64,000 nucleotides of DNA from Bigelowiella natans CCMP2755 (Eukaryota; Protista; Cercozoa), in contig ADNK01000976.1 of the NCBI GenBank assembly GCA_000320545.1, positions 1 to 64,000 on the forward strand, in the 5' to 3' direction. Of the stretch, positions 1-12,996 are shown in pieces. How positions within the stretch are numbered: the stretch's first letter is position 1; every line of letters begins with the position of its first letter. Made by a program: the position numbers and the translations under genes. The notes beneath the pieces were generated by a model, which was not told the origin of the DNA, did no database searches, and saw only the letters and a list, made by a program, of their open reading frames with translations.

Positions 1-41
1 CAAAACATTTCCCCCCCCCCCCCCCCCCCGCCCCCACTTAG

Positions 42-462
42 GTACGAAAACGCGATAGACATCGACGCCATAAAAGACGAGATGAAGAGAAACAGCGTCC
101 TCGCTCAGATCGAGCAGTTCGGCCAGTGTCCATCGCAAATATTCAGCAAGCCACATCCAAAGCGGTTCCCCCGCGAAAGCATTGACATCTCGGTTTTCTC
201 CAAACTCACCAGCATCAAAAGCTACGTCCGCAAGGAGAACGTGGCCTCCGCGCCCATCGTCCGCATATGCGTTCGGGGGGAGTGCGTTGTGGTGTTGGGC
301 GCGGACCGGTCCGTCGGCATTCACAAGTGGAGGAACGCCACGGCGGACTTCATCCCGCCGTTCAGCTTCGAGCTTGAAAAGAAGAGCAAGTCCAAGCACC
401 GAAGGTTGCAGTAGTAGTTCGTATTATTATCATTATTATTATTACTATTACTATTAAAAGTT

Positions 463-499
<37 letters not shown>

Positions 500-2308
500 T
501 AGTAGTAGTGGGAGTACAAACACATTCAACAAATGATCTACATCCCGACATTGGGCATCGATGGAGGATGATGACATGACGACGATGAGATGGGGCACCA
601 TCGTCATCGTCATCGTCGTCGCCGCACAGAGATGGTCATATAATCTTTCACCAATGGGCGGGGAGGGGGATGCGGATAGCGGTTGTCGTTTGCTTCTCAA
701 CTACAATGACGTGCTAATAATCATGCTCAGAATCGGAGTTGAGTTTGCGCGAGGCATGATGGAAGAGCTCGATATGCGCTTGTTCGCTGTGTCGCACGAT
801 GGAAAGACCATCTTTTCCTGTGGGCATTGGGACAACAGCTTCAAGCTCTCATCAGCAGAAACAGGGAAGCTCATACAAAGCATCGTTGCACATAAGGACG
901 TGGTGACCTGCTTGGCGCTGAGTCGTAACAGCAGGGTGCTTGTTACGGGATCGAAAGATACCACAGGTACCACAAACTACACGCCACCGACGACTACTTG
1001 CGATTCATCAACAGTTTGTTGGCGCTTCGTAATTTTTTTTCTTTTTTATGTTTTCTTGCTTTCCGTGAAACTCCATAATCGTCGTCGTCGTCGTCGTCGT
1101 CGTCGTGTCTTTCGTCGCTGTCATCTTCGAGTTCTGTGGTCACAGCATTGAAACTAATGCGAATTTCCCAGTCGCTCTGTTATCCGGACGCAACAAATTC
1201 ACTAATCAAATCTTTGTACGCTGCTGCTTCCTGTCGCCCCATGCTCTTGGTTTGTGCTTCCCCCTCCCCCCTCCCCCACAGTCATGGTCTGGCTACGCGA
1301 TCCAGTACACAACGTGCTGGCATCCGTCCACCCCCAGCACATCCTGTACGGCCACGACGACGAGATCACGTGCGTAGCTGTGGACGTTGACATCGATGTG
1401 GTCATTAGCGGCTCGCGCGACGGCACATGCATAGTCTACAGCCTCAGGTCAGGTAACTACACGCGCTCGATCTACCCTCGAGGCCGCACCGTCCCGATAA
1501 AATGGCTGGGCGTCTCTCCAATGGGGACCATCATCACGTATTCGGGCGATAACCTCGTTCTCCGCGCGTACTCTATGAATGGGAGGCGGCTCCATTCCAC
1601 GGATGCAAAAGTAAAAAGGGGGGGGGGGAGAAGCAGCACCAGCACCACCACCAGCAGTAGCAGTAGCAGTAGCAGTAGTTGGGTAGTAGGAGGAGTAGTA
1701 GTCGGGGGGGGAGGGGGGAAATAGGAGGAGGGATTTCTTAACAAAGTGTGTGTGGTCGGCAAAAGGCTGCTATTTTTGTGAGGAATTGATTGATTGGTTT
1801 GCCGATTGGTGAACAGATGCACCTGAATTCGTTTTACTTCTCTGAGAGTGGGGAGATGGTCGTCGTTGCGGGTCGAAAGGGAACGAAGGGCGTCCTGATG
1901 GCGCTTTCATGTCACAGGTCGTCAGCACTCCTCCCCCCCACACATTAAGACAAATAATCAAACTAATACTTGCGCCCGCAATCAGCCCGTTTTTACGCAT
2001 ATTAATTTTGCAACTGATTGTGCAACTTATTATTACTCGATTCTGAAGTCTCCGAGTCCGATGTCGGGAGGAAACCCCCAGGCCCATCCGCTCAATCGCA
2101 CTGTCAAAGAACGAGCACCATCTGCTGGTGGCGATGGACGATGCCAGCGTGATGGTCTACGCTCTGAACGAAAGCATTATGCGGAGGCTCACCTTACAGA
2201 AACTCAAAATGTAAGGAAATTCATTATTAACTCAGGCGCATTTTTCCTGCCGACCCTTGAGTGATCGTGATCTTTGTTTTGTGTTTGTTTTCTAGGCTGG
2301 GGTTCTGA
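42..2308 (+). CDS. BEACH-WD40 protein (neurobeachin/NBEAL/LRBA-like), 3' part, multi-exon, 5'-truncated by the window
   Basis: End of BEACH domain YENAIDIDAIKDEMKRNSVLAQIEQFGQCPSQIFSKPHPKR (~42-404). WD40 exons follow: SCGHWDNSFK..HKDVVTCLALS..VTGSKDTT (~731-966) and LYGHDDEITCVAV..ISGSRDGTC (~1282-1610), then ~1817-1917 and ~2049-2210. Last exon 2296-2308 ends K-M-L-G-F-TGA. Confidence 0.9.
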
Positions 2309-2763
2309 TCTGTCATCACAGCCAGACGGGTAGCTTGCTCGTCCAGGCTTCAGTGTATCGAATAGTTGTAATTTCTCGAAGGATTAGCGCTAATATTTTA
2401 GAGTGATGATACCACAATTTGTAAATACATTCTCTCAATCTTTTTTGTGAAAGGATTACTTTCATCATAGGCAAGTAATTGCGTGCTCGCACTGCATTCG
2501 GATTACATATAGTCTGTTTAATTTTCTGTTGATCTGCAGCCTTTATCGTGTAGAGTATATAATCGTGCCGTAATAATGGAAATGAATAGCGAATATTAGA
2601 ATCTTGTTCATAACACGCCACGAAAATCTATCTGTATCTCTTCTCGCTGGCAATTGCATTCATTGCGTCACCAATGCAACAGCGTGTTATGCAAGCATGG
2701 ACATATAGTAGTGTGACAGTGGCCGCGTTGCGCAAATGAGCAGCAAAGCGATCGACATTCGCT

Positions 2764-3029
2764 TATATGGACATTATGTCCATATACGTGTACGCGTAAG
2801 GAACACATGTACCCAGGCACACCACGTGTACTAAAAAGAGCATATGTGCCATGTTCACGTCTACACGTGCACCAAAAAAGGCATGCACATGTACCTGGCA
2901 CACATGAATGCATGTAAGTACATGTGAGCGCTGTTGTTTGGCACATGTGTAGTTGTAGGTACATATGAAGTATGTGATGTACACATGAAGTAGACGAATA
3001 CACGTATATGGACATTATGTCCATATACG
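2764..3029. repeat. Two copies of the palindrome TATATGGACAT-T-ATGTCCATATA
   Basis: 2764-2786 (11-bp arms) and 3003-3029 (13-bp arms). Confidence 0.9.
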
Positions 3030-3166
3030 CTACATGTGTACACAGTCATGCGATCCGTGTACAGCGTGCGCGCGGCAACATGGCCTCATGATAATTGCAT
3101 GCTAGCATGTTCTGCAGAAATCAGGCTATACGTACGTGTATGCCCATGCACTGCATACTAGCATAC

Positions 3167-3270
3167 ATATGAGACGGATGCATTGAAAAGATCACATTTA
3201 TGCAATGACGTCATTTTAATATATCTGTATCTGCGTGCAATGCTAGAGTACGGCAGCTATATGCAAAAGT
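3167..3270 (+). repeat. Spacer element, copy A (diverged)
   Basis: ATATGAGACGGATGCATTGAA..TGCAATGAC.TCAT matches the family core. Confidence 0.65.
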
Positions 3271-3518
3271 GCTTAGAATATCGTTTGTTTGATTCTGCAT
3301 GCGATCATGTGCTTCATGCATGTGCTGACGTGAACAACATAGACCCGCACAACGTAACGCAACATGCATGCATGCGTACACACATCTAGACATGCACTTG
3401 TACTAGATGGGCGTCTACATCATATTGCATATTGCACAATGCTTGGAGTAGCACTGGCGCACGAATCATCGGCATCCCAGTTTTGTCTAGCGCGTGTGAT
3501 TTATTAACAGCGAATTCA

Positions 3519-3982
3519 TTAAATCTTCCAGGTTGCTGGGTCCAGAGGTGCCGCTTCAAAAAGGGCATTCTCTGCCCGCATTCTGAAACGCTCAAGCTGG
3601 GGCCCTTCGTCCATTTCGTTGTAGCCATAACGGCTCATTCCGGTCTCCTCGCTACCTTTCTCAACGAGGGAGGAAGAATTCAAGACCTGAAACATCCCGA
3701 AGAGCAATAAGGGCGGCACGATTGGGCAATGGAAGAGGACGTTTGAAACACTTTCTGCCCATCAAGGCAAGCCGTGCAGAGTCGCAGGATAGAATCATCG
3801 GTGCTTTGTTTGATGGTCAATCCCACAGCAAATTAAATCATCCACAACCTTATTATGGAAAAGTTTTCGCTCCTGCTCTCCTTGTTTGAAGTATTCGTGA
3901 TTGCCTAGGACAGGTTCTGCACGGGTAACCTGGAAGGGGGGTGGACACACACACACACACACACGCGCGCGCGCACATATAT

Positions 3983-4059
<77 letters not shown>

Positions 4060-4678
4060 CTCATTTCTCGTAAATGAAAAGAAATTCGAGGAATCATATC
4101 TGCGATGAGATAGAACAGCAAGAATCAAATCGCCGACCAAGCTTCGAATGTGCCGCACGTCTCCCTCCAACGGAATTCGGAAATAGCTGCAATATTGAAC
4201 ATAAGAGCGGAGGATCAGTTGTGACTGCGCACCTCAAAGACTAACACGACGGGCCTCTCCCAGAAGGACCCCCAGCACCATCGCAGTCGCGCATCGTTTG
4301 TAAAATTGAATGCACACACTGGCCAGGACGATGTGTGGAGCTCGAGAATGCAACTCAATTCCAGCGCCAAAAAGGAATTGAAGTCATTCCCATAAAATCG
4401 AGCAGTTTACCCTTTCTCTCCCCACCAGTTTCCGTAAGAATTCTTGAGGATCCAATAGGGCTCCTTGCTGCTCTCATCAACACCCCTTTTTGGACCCACA
4501 GTGAAAAGAGGAGACACCATGACAAATGTGAGCTTAGAGAGATGAGCGATTAGAGGGTGTAAGTATCTTAATTCTCACCAGCCAACGATTACTACTGCAT
4601 GATCCACAGACTCGAAATCATATTGTGGAGGTGGCTCTTCGTCTGCATTCACACACGTAAACGCCCACACATACAAAT

Positions 4679-4738
<60 letters not shown>

Positions 4739-4816
4739 CTTAAATAATGCACTCATAAATACAGATTCTGTTTGCGTACGTGCGGGCATATACGTGTGTT
4801 GGAATCCCCTCTCATC

Positions 4817-4847
<31 letters not shown>

Positions 4848-6381
4848 CCATCATCATCATCGTCATCATCATGCCGTCCCATCCAGGCACACAATCATCA
4901 CCAGCACACACCTGTTGGTCTGTAGATCCCAGATTTATAGTGCATAAGCTCGAGAGAGCCACCAATACCAACCGCTACCGGCCCAACAGTTTTGACCTGA
5001 TTTTGTGTGTCAGAAAAATGGTGCTGAATCGTGCATTTATCACATGTTCTTTATTTTAACACTCGCTACAGTTTCCAGCTCCAGAGTACCTCTCTCATCA
5101 TCTCCTCGGTAGTTGTCGCCCCATAAAAACCGCCGAGATAACTGTAATCGCGCACGCGAACCTCGGGCGCTTCTGTAAGTTGCTGTGGGCCTTCATAATC
5201 TTCTCCCTCGCTCTTAAAGCGGGCAAGATCGTGACTATCGCTCTCCTGAATTGGAGAGAAACGTACAATTAGTACAATGCCATGAGTACTTCGGATGGCG
5301 TGGAATCATGGAAATTGCCTGAGTTCAACGTGGTCTATACACATGATTCTGATCACCCTTGATTTATGAATCGCATCGTTATCTTCTTCACCACCACCAT
5401 AATAATCATCATCATCAGAATCATCATCATCATCAGAATCATTAGTATCATCCTCTCCTCTCGCCATCGTCGTCACTACCTGTAGAAGCGGCATTGGGGT
5501 ACCGAGAGGACATTTTCCGGAGCGGGTCAGACTACATATTTAGCATGTCATTAGCAGATATGGTAACTTGTGCGATTCTGTCGTAGCCCCCATCGCCCTC
5601 AAAATCTCCCCCCCCCCCTCCTCCTTCATCTCCTCTGCAACTGACTGCGCACCCATAGTCATGGACGAATTTTTCAACGAGGTACGGGTATCTGGTAGTT
5701 ATGGATATAGAGAGGAGGAAAGAGTGGTTTAAGGAGAGACGGGGTAGTATGAAACGAGAGTCGTACCAAAGCATGGCGAAAGATGAAACAGGTCACCAAC
5801 ATTCATTCAAAAGGCATATACTTGACATATCATCGCAATGATCCAACCCCAGCATTCCCAACATTTCAGTATGTGTATCCAGCCCCCTCCCACACCCCCC
5901 GCTCCCTCAATTTCCTCCTCCAGTCCCTCCAGGATACACCACTATCGTCATCGTCGTCAAGACTTCCTTCTACTACTTAATACCCTCCTGCACATCCCTG
6001 GTTGTAGGGATCACACCGGACGACCTGCCTCCAATCGTACTGAGCTTTTATCTGAAGTGTGGCGATGTTTGTTAGCGACATTATTTTTAGGGGAGGGGGG
6101 ACTCCTCTGTGTGCGTTGGATGTGCATTTTTTGCGTAGGTTCTTTCTTTCTTTCTCTCTCTCTTTCTCTCCCTCCCTCTCTTTGGGAAGATGTATCTCAG
6201 AGGTTCATGCTCCCTTTTCTTTCCGAGGCGTGGTGTCATTCATTACTCTCTTCTTGCAACAAAGTGGACGACCTTGTTAGCAGAGTTAATTCTGATCCTG
6301 GAATTTATCATCGACACAGTTGCCGCCGCGTAGCAATCACCGCATTCTTGAGATATAACCTACACACACACACACACACAC

Positions 6382-6442
<61 letters not shown>

Positions 6443-7277
6443 CAGGCAACGGCATCGGCGAGAATTCAGCAGTCCCAATAGACTGAGTCATTATTCGCAC
6501 CTCATCGACGAAGTCCTGGCCATCAACCGCTCTCCAGTCGAAGCTGGAACCATATTCCTCCAAAAGTGCGCTCACGGACTTTCTCGTGGTCTTCGTCATC
6601 GTCTCAGATGAAGCATCTTGGTTGTGATGAAACCGACTGCTTTCGATTTGCTTGGATTGCGTACTGTCACCGTCCAAGAGCAGCTGCTGCTTCTGCGAAT
6701 TATCGCCTTCCTTTCCTTCGTACTGCTGTTGCCTTCCTCTATGATGATGATGATGATCATGCCTCCTGCAATGCCGTCGTTAAGAAAAAAAATCAGTTGC
6801 TATACTCATGCGTCCAGAGAGTGTCCAAGTGGACGCTTTTCATGCTTTTACAACCATCCCCCCCCCCCCCCCCTCTCCTCTTCCCCATACTTCCTCATTT
6901 TCTATTTTACAGTTTCTGAGGATGATGATAATGATGATGATGATTGTGATGAGAGCGACCTGGGCACAGAACCTATCAAAGTGCGTACCCGAGCGATCGG
7001 ATGTTTCTCGAGCTGAGAAATCGTTGTGAATAGAGGAGTGAGAAGGAGAGGACGCTGCTGCTGCTGCTGCTGCTGCATTGTTGTTGTTGTTGTTGTTGTT
7101 TCCCAACATAGGGAAAATGAAGAAGGCTTTGCGGAGCAGAAAATTCATACGGGCGATTCTTTGTAAATCTGAGGGGAAAACTTCCCTTGCGATCATGCAA
7201 CACTTCCATAGGGATCTTACATTGGTGTTTGTAGCTATGGACTTATGCTGCGATACTCAAGTCACGCTCGCCGGCAC

Positions 7278-7339
<62 letters not shown>

Positions 7340-8185
7340 ACGAATACGCACCTCCGGATAACGCACAGCTGTCCAACTCCCATTGGCCTTGCGATTTAGC
7401 CTACGAATGTACAAATTCTCCGCTGCATATAGCCCCTCCCCTGAACCCGTCTCCAGAAACGATGAAAATGGTGCTGCTGCTGATGATGATGACGATGATG
7501 ATGAGCCATCTGCCGTCAAACTACCCTGGCGAGGACTTTGGTGAAACTTTTTGACTCCCTGATGATGATGACGACGATGAAGGCCTCCATTTGATGCATC
7601 AAGCCTTTGAAAGCGATGATCCTGAGCAGCTTTTTTACTGCTCCTGCTACCGCCACTGCTACCGCTGATATTCCGAAAACGATGATGGTGGTGATGATGA
7701 TTATCGGATCGAGGGTCTCGAGAGGCGACCCGTCTACCGGTGAAGCAACCCCTAAATATTGCATGAAAGAGACAGCAGCATTGGGCGATATAGGTGAGAA
7801 GAGCTTTGTTTTCTTAATATCCTCTTCCCCCACCATGCTACCCCTCCTTTGTACCAAGTTCTCCCATCGGGATTGTCCTTCTGGGAGTGCCAGCCTGGCC
7901 ACGTGCTGCTGCATAAGCTCTCATGGCTATCAGGATCAAAGCTACTGAACGCAAAGTAGACGCGCCCGGCGACGTGGACCTGATTAAACAACCGCGATAA
8001 TATAATAGTTAGCTGCAAAGGAAGCCTGAAAGAGTGACTCTGTTGACTAAAAACCCTGCAAAATTTTTCCTGTGGTATTTCTGAAATGAGTCACAGAAGA
8101 CGACGGTCCAAATGCATGGTGGATGACAGGAAACATTTTTATTCATATATTCATTCTGGCAAGACTTGGAAGTTGTTTACTAAAA

Positions 8186-8227
<42 letters not shown>

Positions 8228-9030
8228 TCACATACACAGCAAGGGAGAGAGGGAGGGAGGGTGGAGAGGGGCTAACCTCGAAACCCTCGTCGTAGACTGT
8301 CGTCCATGAACCTTGTATGTGTGTTTCGGAATCGTCGAACCACGCCTTCACCTTATAGAGAATACGGGCAAAGTGTTACTACTGCACGTTCACGCTGCAA
8401 AAGTTGCTACTGCCACTTTTTCTACAACTAATATATATATTAATATATATTTTTTATATATTCCAGAAAGCATGTTGAGCGCCTCCGATTACCAAATCTG
8501 GCTCATGGAGTTCGAAAATAGCCTTGCGACTGTGTTGGAAGGAAGGCTGCCCGAGAACCTAATCGGGGCGAGACATGATTTTCCCTGTGCGAACGATCAG
8601 TGGCACTGCATCGGGTAGAATAGTATTTCTTGTCGGAGCTTTTGTAGGATTTGATCGTCACCTTACTTACAAAGCAAGATCCATACTGGCAAACTTTTAC
8701 TCCTTCGCCATCGGTGCACATGAGATCCTTCTCCTAAGAATTTCGAATCCATTTCGTTGTATTTCACTATTTACAATATCATCTATTGATATTATTGCAC
8801 TACCTTTCCTGCATTTTCATATGAAATTTCCCACGTCCCTTTTATTGTGCTATGAGGGCAATGCACAGGCAGATCCTGGAAGTAAATTTATGCGTTATCG
8901 CTATCAGCCCGAGGGGAAAACAATGGGAGAATTTGTGTTCCTACAGTACCTGCAGCGAGGGCTTGGGTAACAAAGAGAATAAAACCGCCGCAAGGACGTT
9001 CCTCCCGCCCTGTCCAATGCCCCAGAACAT
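3519..9030 (-). CDS. CTSC: Cathepsin C / dipeptidyl peptidase I-like papain-family (C1A) cysteine protease, many exons
   Basis: ATG 9030 with signal peptide, then DLPVHC..GTWKF. Exclusion-domain motifs GSWTTVYDEGFE and YFAFSSF..C..TWPGW. Mature region FDWRAVDGQDFV, QECGDCY (catalytic Cys, ~6330), YPYLVEKFVHDYG, YLGGFYG, GPVAVG..MHYKSGIY, FESVDHAVVIVGW (catalytic His, ~4600), YWILKNSYGNWWGEKGYFRI. Stop TAA at 3519. Confidence 0.88.
3946..8260. repeat. Cluster of intronic microsatellites: (CA)n, (TA)n, (GA)n, (CAT)n, (GCT/GTT)n
   Basis: Examples at 3946-4056, 4679-4735, 4812-4872, 6362-6438, 7052-7100, 7282-7335 and 8188-8226. Confidence 0.95.
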
Positions 9031-9402
9031 GCTCCACCTTCCTGCGATTAATTCAAACTGGGGAGACTTGGTTTAAAAAGCCGAAAAAATGTTATAAAAT
9101 TTCTGTTCTTATCGAGAAAGAGAGTCTCGAGAGATTTAGGGGGAAGCATTCATGTGAGTCGCGAGGCACATTTTCATGGATTTCTCCCGTTGTTGTCCCG
9201 ATTGTTGTGAATTTAACAGTTTGCGAGCCGTTTTAGGCAGATCTTAAAGCCCAGGAAATTTATCATAGGTTCCCGAATGCATGTAATTTTAGACATACGA
9301 CTAGAAAAATAATGTCATTCTGGGTCAAAATCCAGATCATTTCCTCCATTTCGGAACTCGCGCTCACAGATTCATTGTCTGGAAAGCCTCAAAGCAGGAC
9401 GA

Positions 9403-10045
9403 ATGGCTGACGAACTGGTTGTGTGCAGTTATTTGGATTATAATAATGGCTGCCTACAGAATTTTCCGTTTCTTACTTCCTCATATTAAGTCCTTTTATA
9501 ATATCTGCATTCCCATGCAAAGCTGGTCATATTGAAACTTTGTAATGTTGGCCTCAGGACCAGAAGTTTGACTATGATCAGACAAACAAGATCATCGAAG
9601 ATGTAAGCAAGTTTAGAAGTGATTAAGATTTCAGCTGAATAAAGTTTGAAACAGGAATTGAAGGATCTTCTTGGAAATGAAATATATGAAGCAAAATCTG
9701 TGCATATGTGGAGCTCTCAAATTGTGGAGAGGGTCCTGAAAAAGCTGCACAAACAGAATAAGCCGTTTAAGTATGTAGGTGTGTAAACTTATGGAATCCA
9801 TCTTGCTTCAATGTTTTGAGATCATATTTTTTAGTGACATGCATCATTATGCAAAAAAATGGAGCTGGGCTTCATACTGCAAGCACCTGCTACTGGGACA
9901 CCAAATCTGACGGTCCTCCAATTTGATGCAAAACCTGTCAAAAAATCACACTCTTAACCAATGTTTGTTTTCAGGAAGTTGCTCGTGCCCATGGTCAAAC
10001 AACACTATGCATGCTATTTGTACAGTGTTTGCTTTACATATCTAG
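9403..10045 (+). CDS. DYNLT1: Dynein light chain Tctex-1
   Basis: Spliced product [77 protein letters not shown], with GT-AG introns. Confidence 0.93.
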
Positions 10046-10975
10046 AGATTAGGATGATTGAAGGACATTACATGTGTCTACATGGAGGTATCAACGAATA
10101 GCGAGTCTCCAGCTTAGTACATTGCTTTGACTTTAAATTGCGTGTTGCAAATGTTTAAAATCTGCATTACGACAAGGAATTGCCACACATCGTATCACAC
10201 ATGCGTTTGCGGGATGTTTTTATCTTTGAACGAAACGAATTATTGTGGCGGCGGCCGCGGCGAAGAGTTCGCATGTACGCGTGCGTGGCACCACAACCTA
10301 GCGCCAAAAAATCGTTTACAACGCTACACATGCGCACCATCTACCATAGATGCTAGCTAGGTGTGGTAAATGACCTCCTTGTCACCTCGCACACATAAAA
10401 TCTAGCAGAAATAAGCTTCATGCATGTTAAAACTGCTAACCTATATGTTATTATCCATCGCGCGCTGCCATTGCGTGTCTCGAGCTAGCCGATGTTCGAG
10501 CGGTCACATTACACATGTATAGCTACACGCACACAGCTACGTGCATCTTGCGACACACATGTGTATCTACACATCTGCTAGCTTGCAGGCGGCTACATGT
10601 ATGTAAAGTGTCTAGCTAAGAACGTCACCACATCGTAGTATCATGCGCAGACGTACGGGCTTTACGTAATTGAATCTAGATTTCGCTAGTCGTCATATAT
10701 TTTGTTTTGTGTTAATCTACTAATAATTATCTTGTTAAATGTCTACACACGCATATCCAATCTAAATTTATTACGCCCGGCACTGCTCAGGTGCCTAGTC
10801 ACTATGATGTAGAGGCGAGACCTTTCTCTCATTCCTATCTCACTCTTTTTATAGAATGAAAAAATAGATATGGTTTGAAATATATATATTATATTTAAAT
10901 ACATATCCCAGCAGCTTCTAATTTGTGGAAATTGAGTAAGAGAAAAATTGGCCCAGGTCGAGTGCAACCACATCA

Positions 10976-12340
10976 TTACACCTCATCATTCTCATCATTG
11001 GTCTGCGCAAAATTTCGAGCAGCTTCCAACCTATTCCTAAGTTTATTCTTCGTAAAGGATTGTGGAGGATTACGCCCACTCTTTGCATGCTTCTTTTCTA
11101 TTGGAGCCTTCTTAGGCTTTCTCGTGGTACTTGATATGGATTTTGGCTTCAAGTATTTTGAGCGAATTTTTTCTAGCAATTCACGTTCCTTGCCTTTATA
11201 CGCATCCATCAGCAAATCGACGTTCTTTAGCTTCCGAGGGTTCACTCTTCTTAAAAGATCAACCAATGTTGCCTTAAATTGCTCTGTAGATGTTTGGCTC
11301 AGGGATTCTGTGGGGTTGACGGTTGGGTCAGGTCCTCCCGATCCAGATTCCTTATTTTCGAGGGGTTTCAAAACAGGGACTGTCTTTGAAGAAACCTTCT
11401 GCTTTCGTCCTATAGAAAGGGATGTTTTCTTTTGCGGGAAAGAGCTTCCTTTTTTTTTTACAATGTTGCCGTTTCCAACTTTCCGTTTGGATTTCATGGA
11501 AGACTCCTGTTCCTCGAGCGCTCCTTTTATTTTGTCATGAAGTTGCCTCAGCTCCGAGACCTTCGGGAGGACTTTTACATTCCCATTCTTATAGTCGACA
11601 CGAAACTGTGTCTCATTTGCTAAACAACTCTTCAAGTTTTGTAGGTTAAGATCGAGAGCTTGCTGCTCTTCTAACAGGACCTCCCTTATGTTATCCACTA
11701 CTTTGCCGACATTCCATACGTCCAAGTCGCTCTTATGTATCATTTGGCGTTTCATTGAAGCTGAATTTGGTCGTGAAGTTGAGGGTGGAGTTTGCTCTGG
11801 ACACAATTTCATTTCAGCGGTAACCTCGGCTTCTAGCTTAGTTCCAGATCCGCGCAGCGAATATAGCATTGCGCTTCGTTCTGAGTCAGATTTCGTACTA
11901 ATGAGATGTTTAAGTTGTCCCTGACTACCCTTCCGCTTCAAGCGCTTGAGAAGAGTGTTCATGTGGCTCTGAATTTGCGTTCGGAGAATCTTATGTTCCA
12001 TTTTTTCAGTGAGCTGTAAATACGAGCTGAGCTTTTCGCGGGCTTTCTGGTTGTCTGCATGGAGTTCTTGTAGGATTACTGCAAGATTTGATGCTTCTTG
12101 GTGCCTCAAAAGGTTTTCTTTGATAAGATCCTCGCCTATCTCTGCGCGCACTAGATCCTGTTCTGCAACCTAATTGCAAAGCAAAGTTGGAAAGGTTTTT
12201 TTTCTTTTTTCATCAACATATACCTGTATATGACAACGGATCTCGTCCCAAAGCAGGGGTGGCGGCTTGAATGGGTTTGCAGTCTCTTTTTCCTCCTCCT
12301 CAAGGAGGAAATTTTCAAAAGCATCAAGGAGATCCGTCAT
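10976..12340 (-). CDS. CCDC24-like coiled-coil protein
   Basis: Exon 1 MTDLLDAF..LLWDEIRCHIQ spliced to the 391-aa ORF. LW..I...V...IGE.L and LDVWNVGKVVDNIREVLLEEQQAL..L..LKSCL resemble the CCDC24 family (recalled, not searched). Confidence 0.6.
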
Positions 12341-12996
12341 TGGGAGGAGGATAAGCTACTGCGGCTCACAGAGGCTATGTCCAAATGAGAAGGACACATG
12401 GAGAATGAAACCTTCAAGGGCAATCAGTTACTACTACACATGCACAAGTTGACGTTGCACTTTCTAACAAAGTTGTTGTAATATTGTTGCAGGAATGAAT
12501 AAAAAATACCAGATAAATTCTCATAATAATTACCTCATCAGGTTGAACAGAGTAAAAATTCCATGTTGTGAGACTAGCTGACTCACTACGGGCAAAGAAA
12601 TTGGAAGATTTTATGTGGAAATATCAGGTAATCCTATTCACATGAACAAATTCTGGTGGTGTTTATTGTGTCAGAAATCGCTTGAATTCTTGCACAATTG
12701 GCCACTTCGCTGGATTTCTACGCAACACAAATTTCCCCAAAGTCCTCCAAACGATTATCATTCGAGTACGTGGACCTACATCGTACATGTACTGCGAAAT
12801 AATACATAATGCAGGGTTTGACATCCCGATTTCATCAAGAACGCATGGCGTTTCGAGGCGTTTCGAAAACCCCTACCGAAAAATAACTCCGTTGTCGATT
12901 GTAACGCAAATCTTAGATCCCAAGATCCATGGATGAACAGCGACTCCGCGCTACCGTTCCGAGGGGACTCTCTATGAAGATGCCATTGTGTGCGTG

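Noticed and set aside
2668-3393. Cys/His/Met-rich ORFs in spacers (also at 10127, 21328, 25575, 35493, 40659, 46085, 56828, 62666)
   Set aside because: By-product of TGCA/CATG-rich composition; no motifs or splice structure.
182-8351. Many low-complexity ORFs (poly-YI, THTH, DDD, LLL)
   Set aside because: They are translations of intronic microsatellites or antisense frames of real exons.
10100-10750. Copy of the spacer element in this convergent spacer
   Set aside because: Composition fits, but only a weak CATTGCGTGTCTC similarity; not counted as a copy.
10923-11540. 205-aa plus-strand ORF, and similar ORFs opposite UPF1, CCDC39 and LSD1-ZF
   Set aside because: Antisense shadows of well-supported genes.
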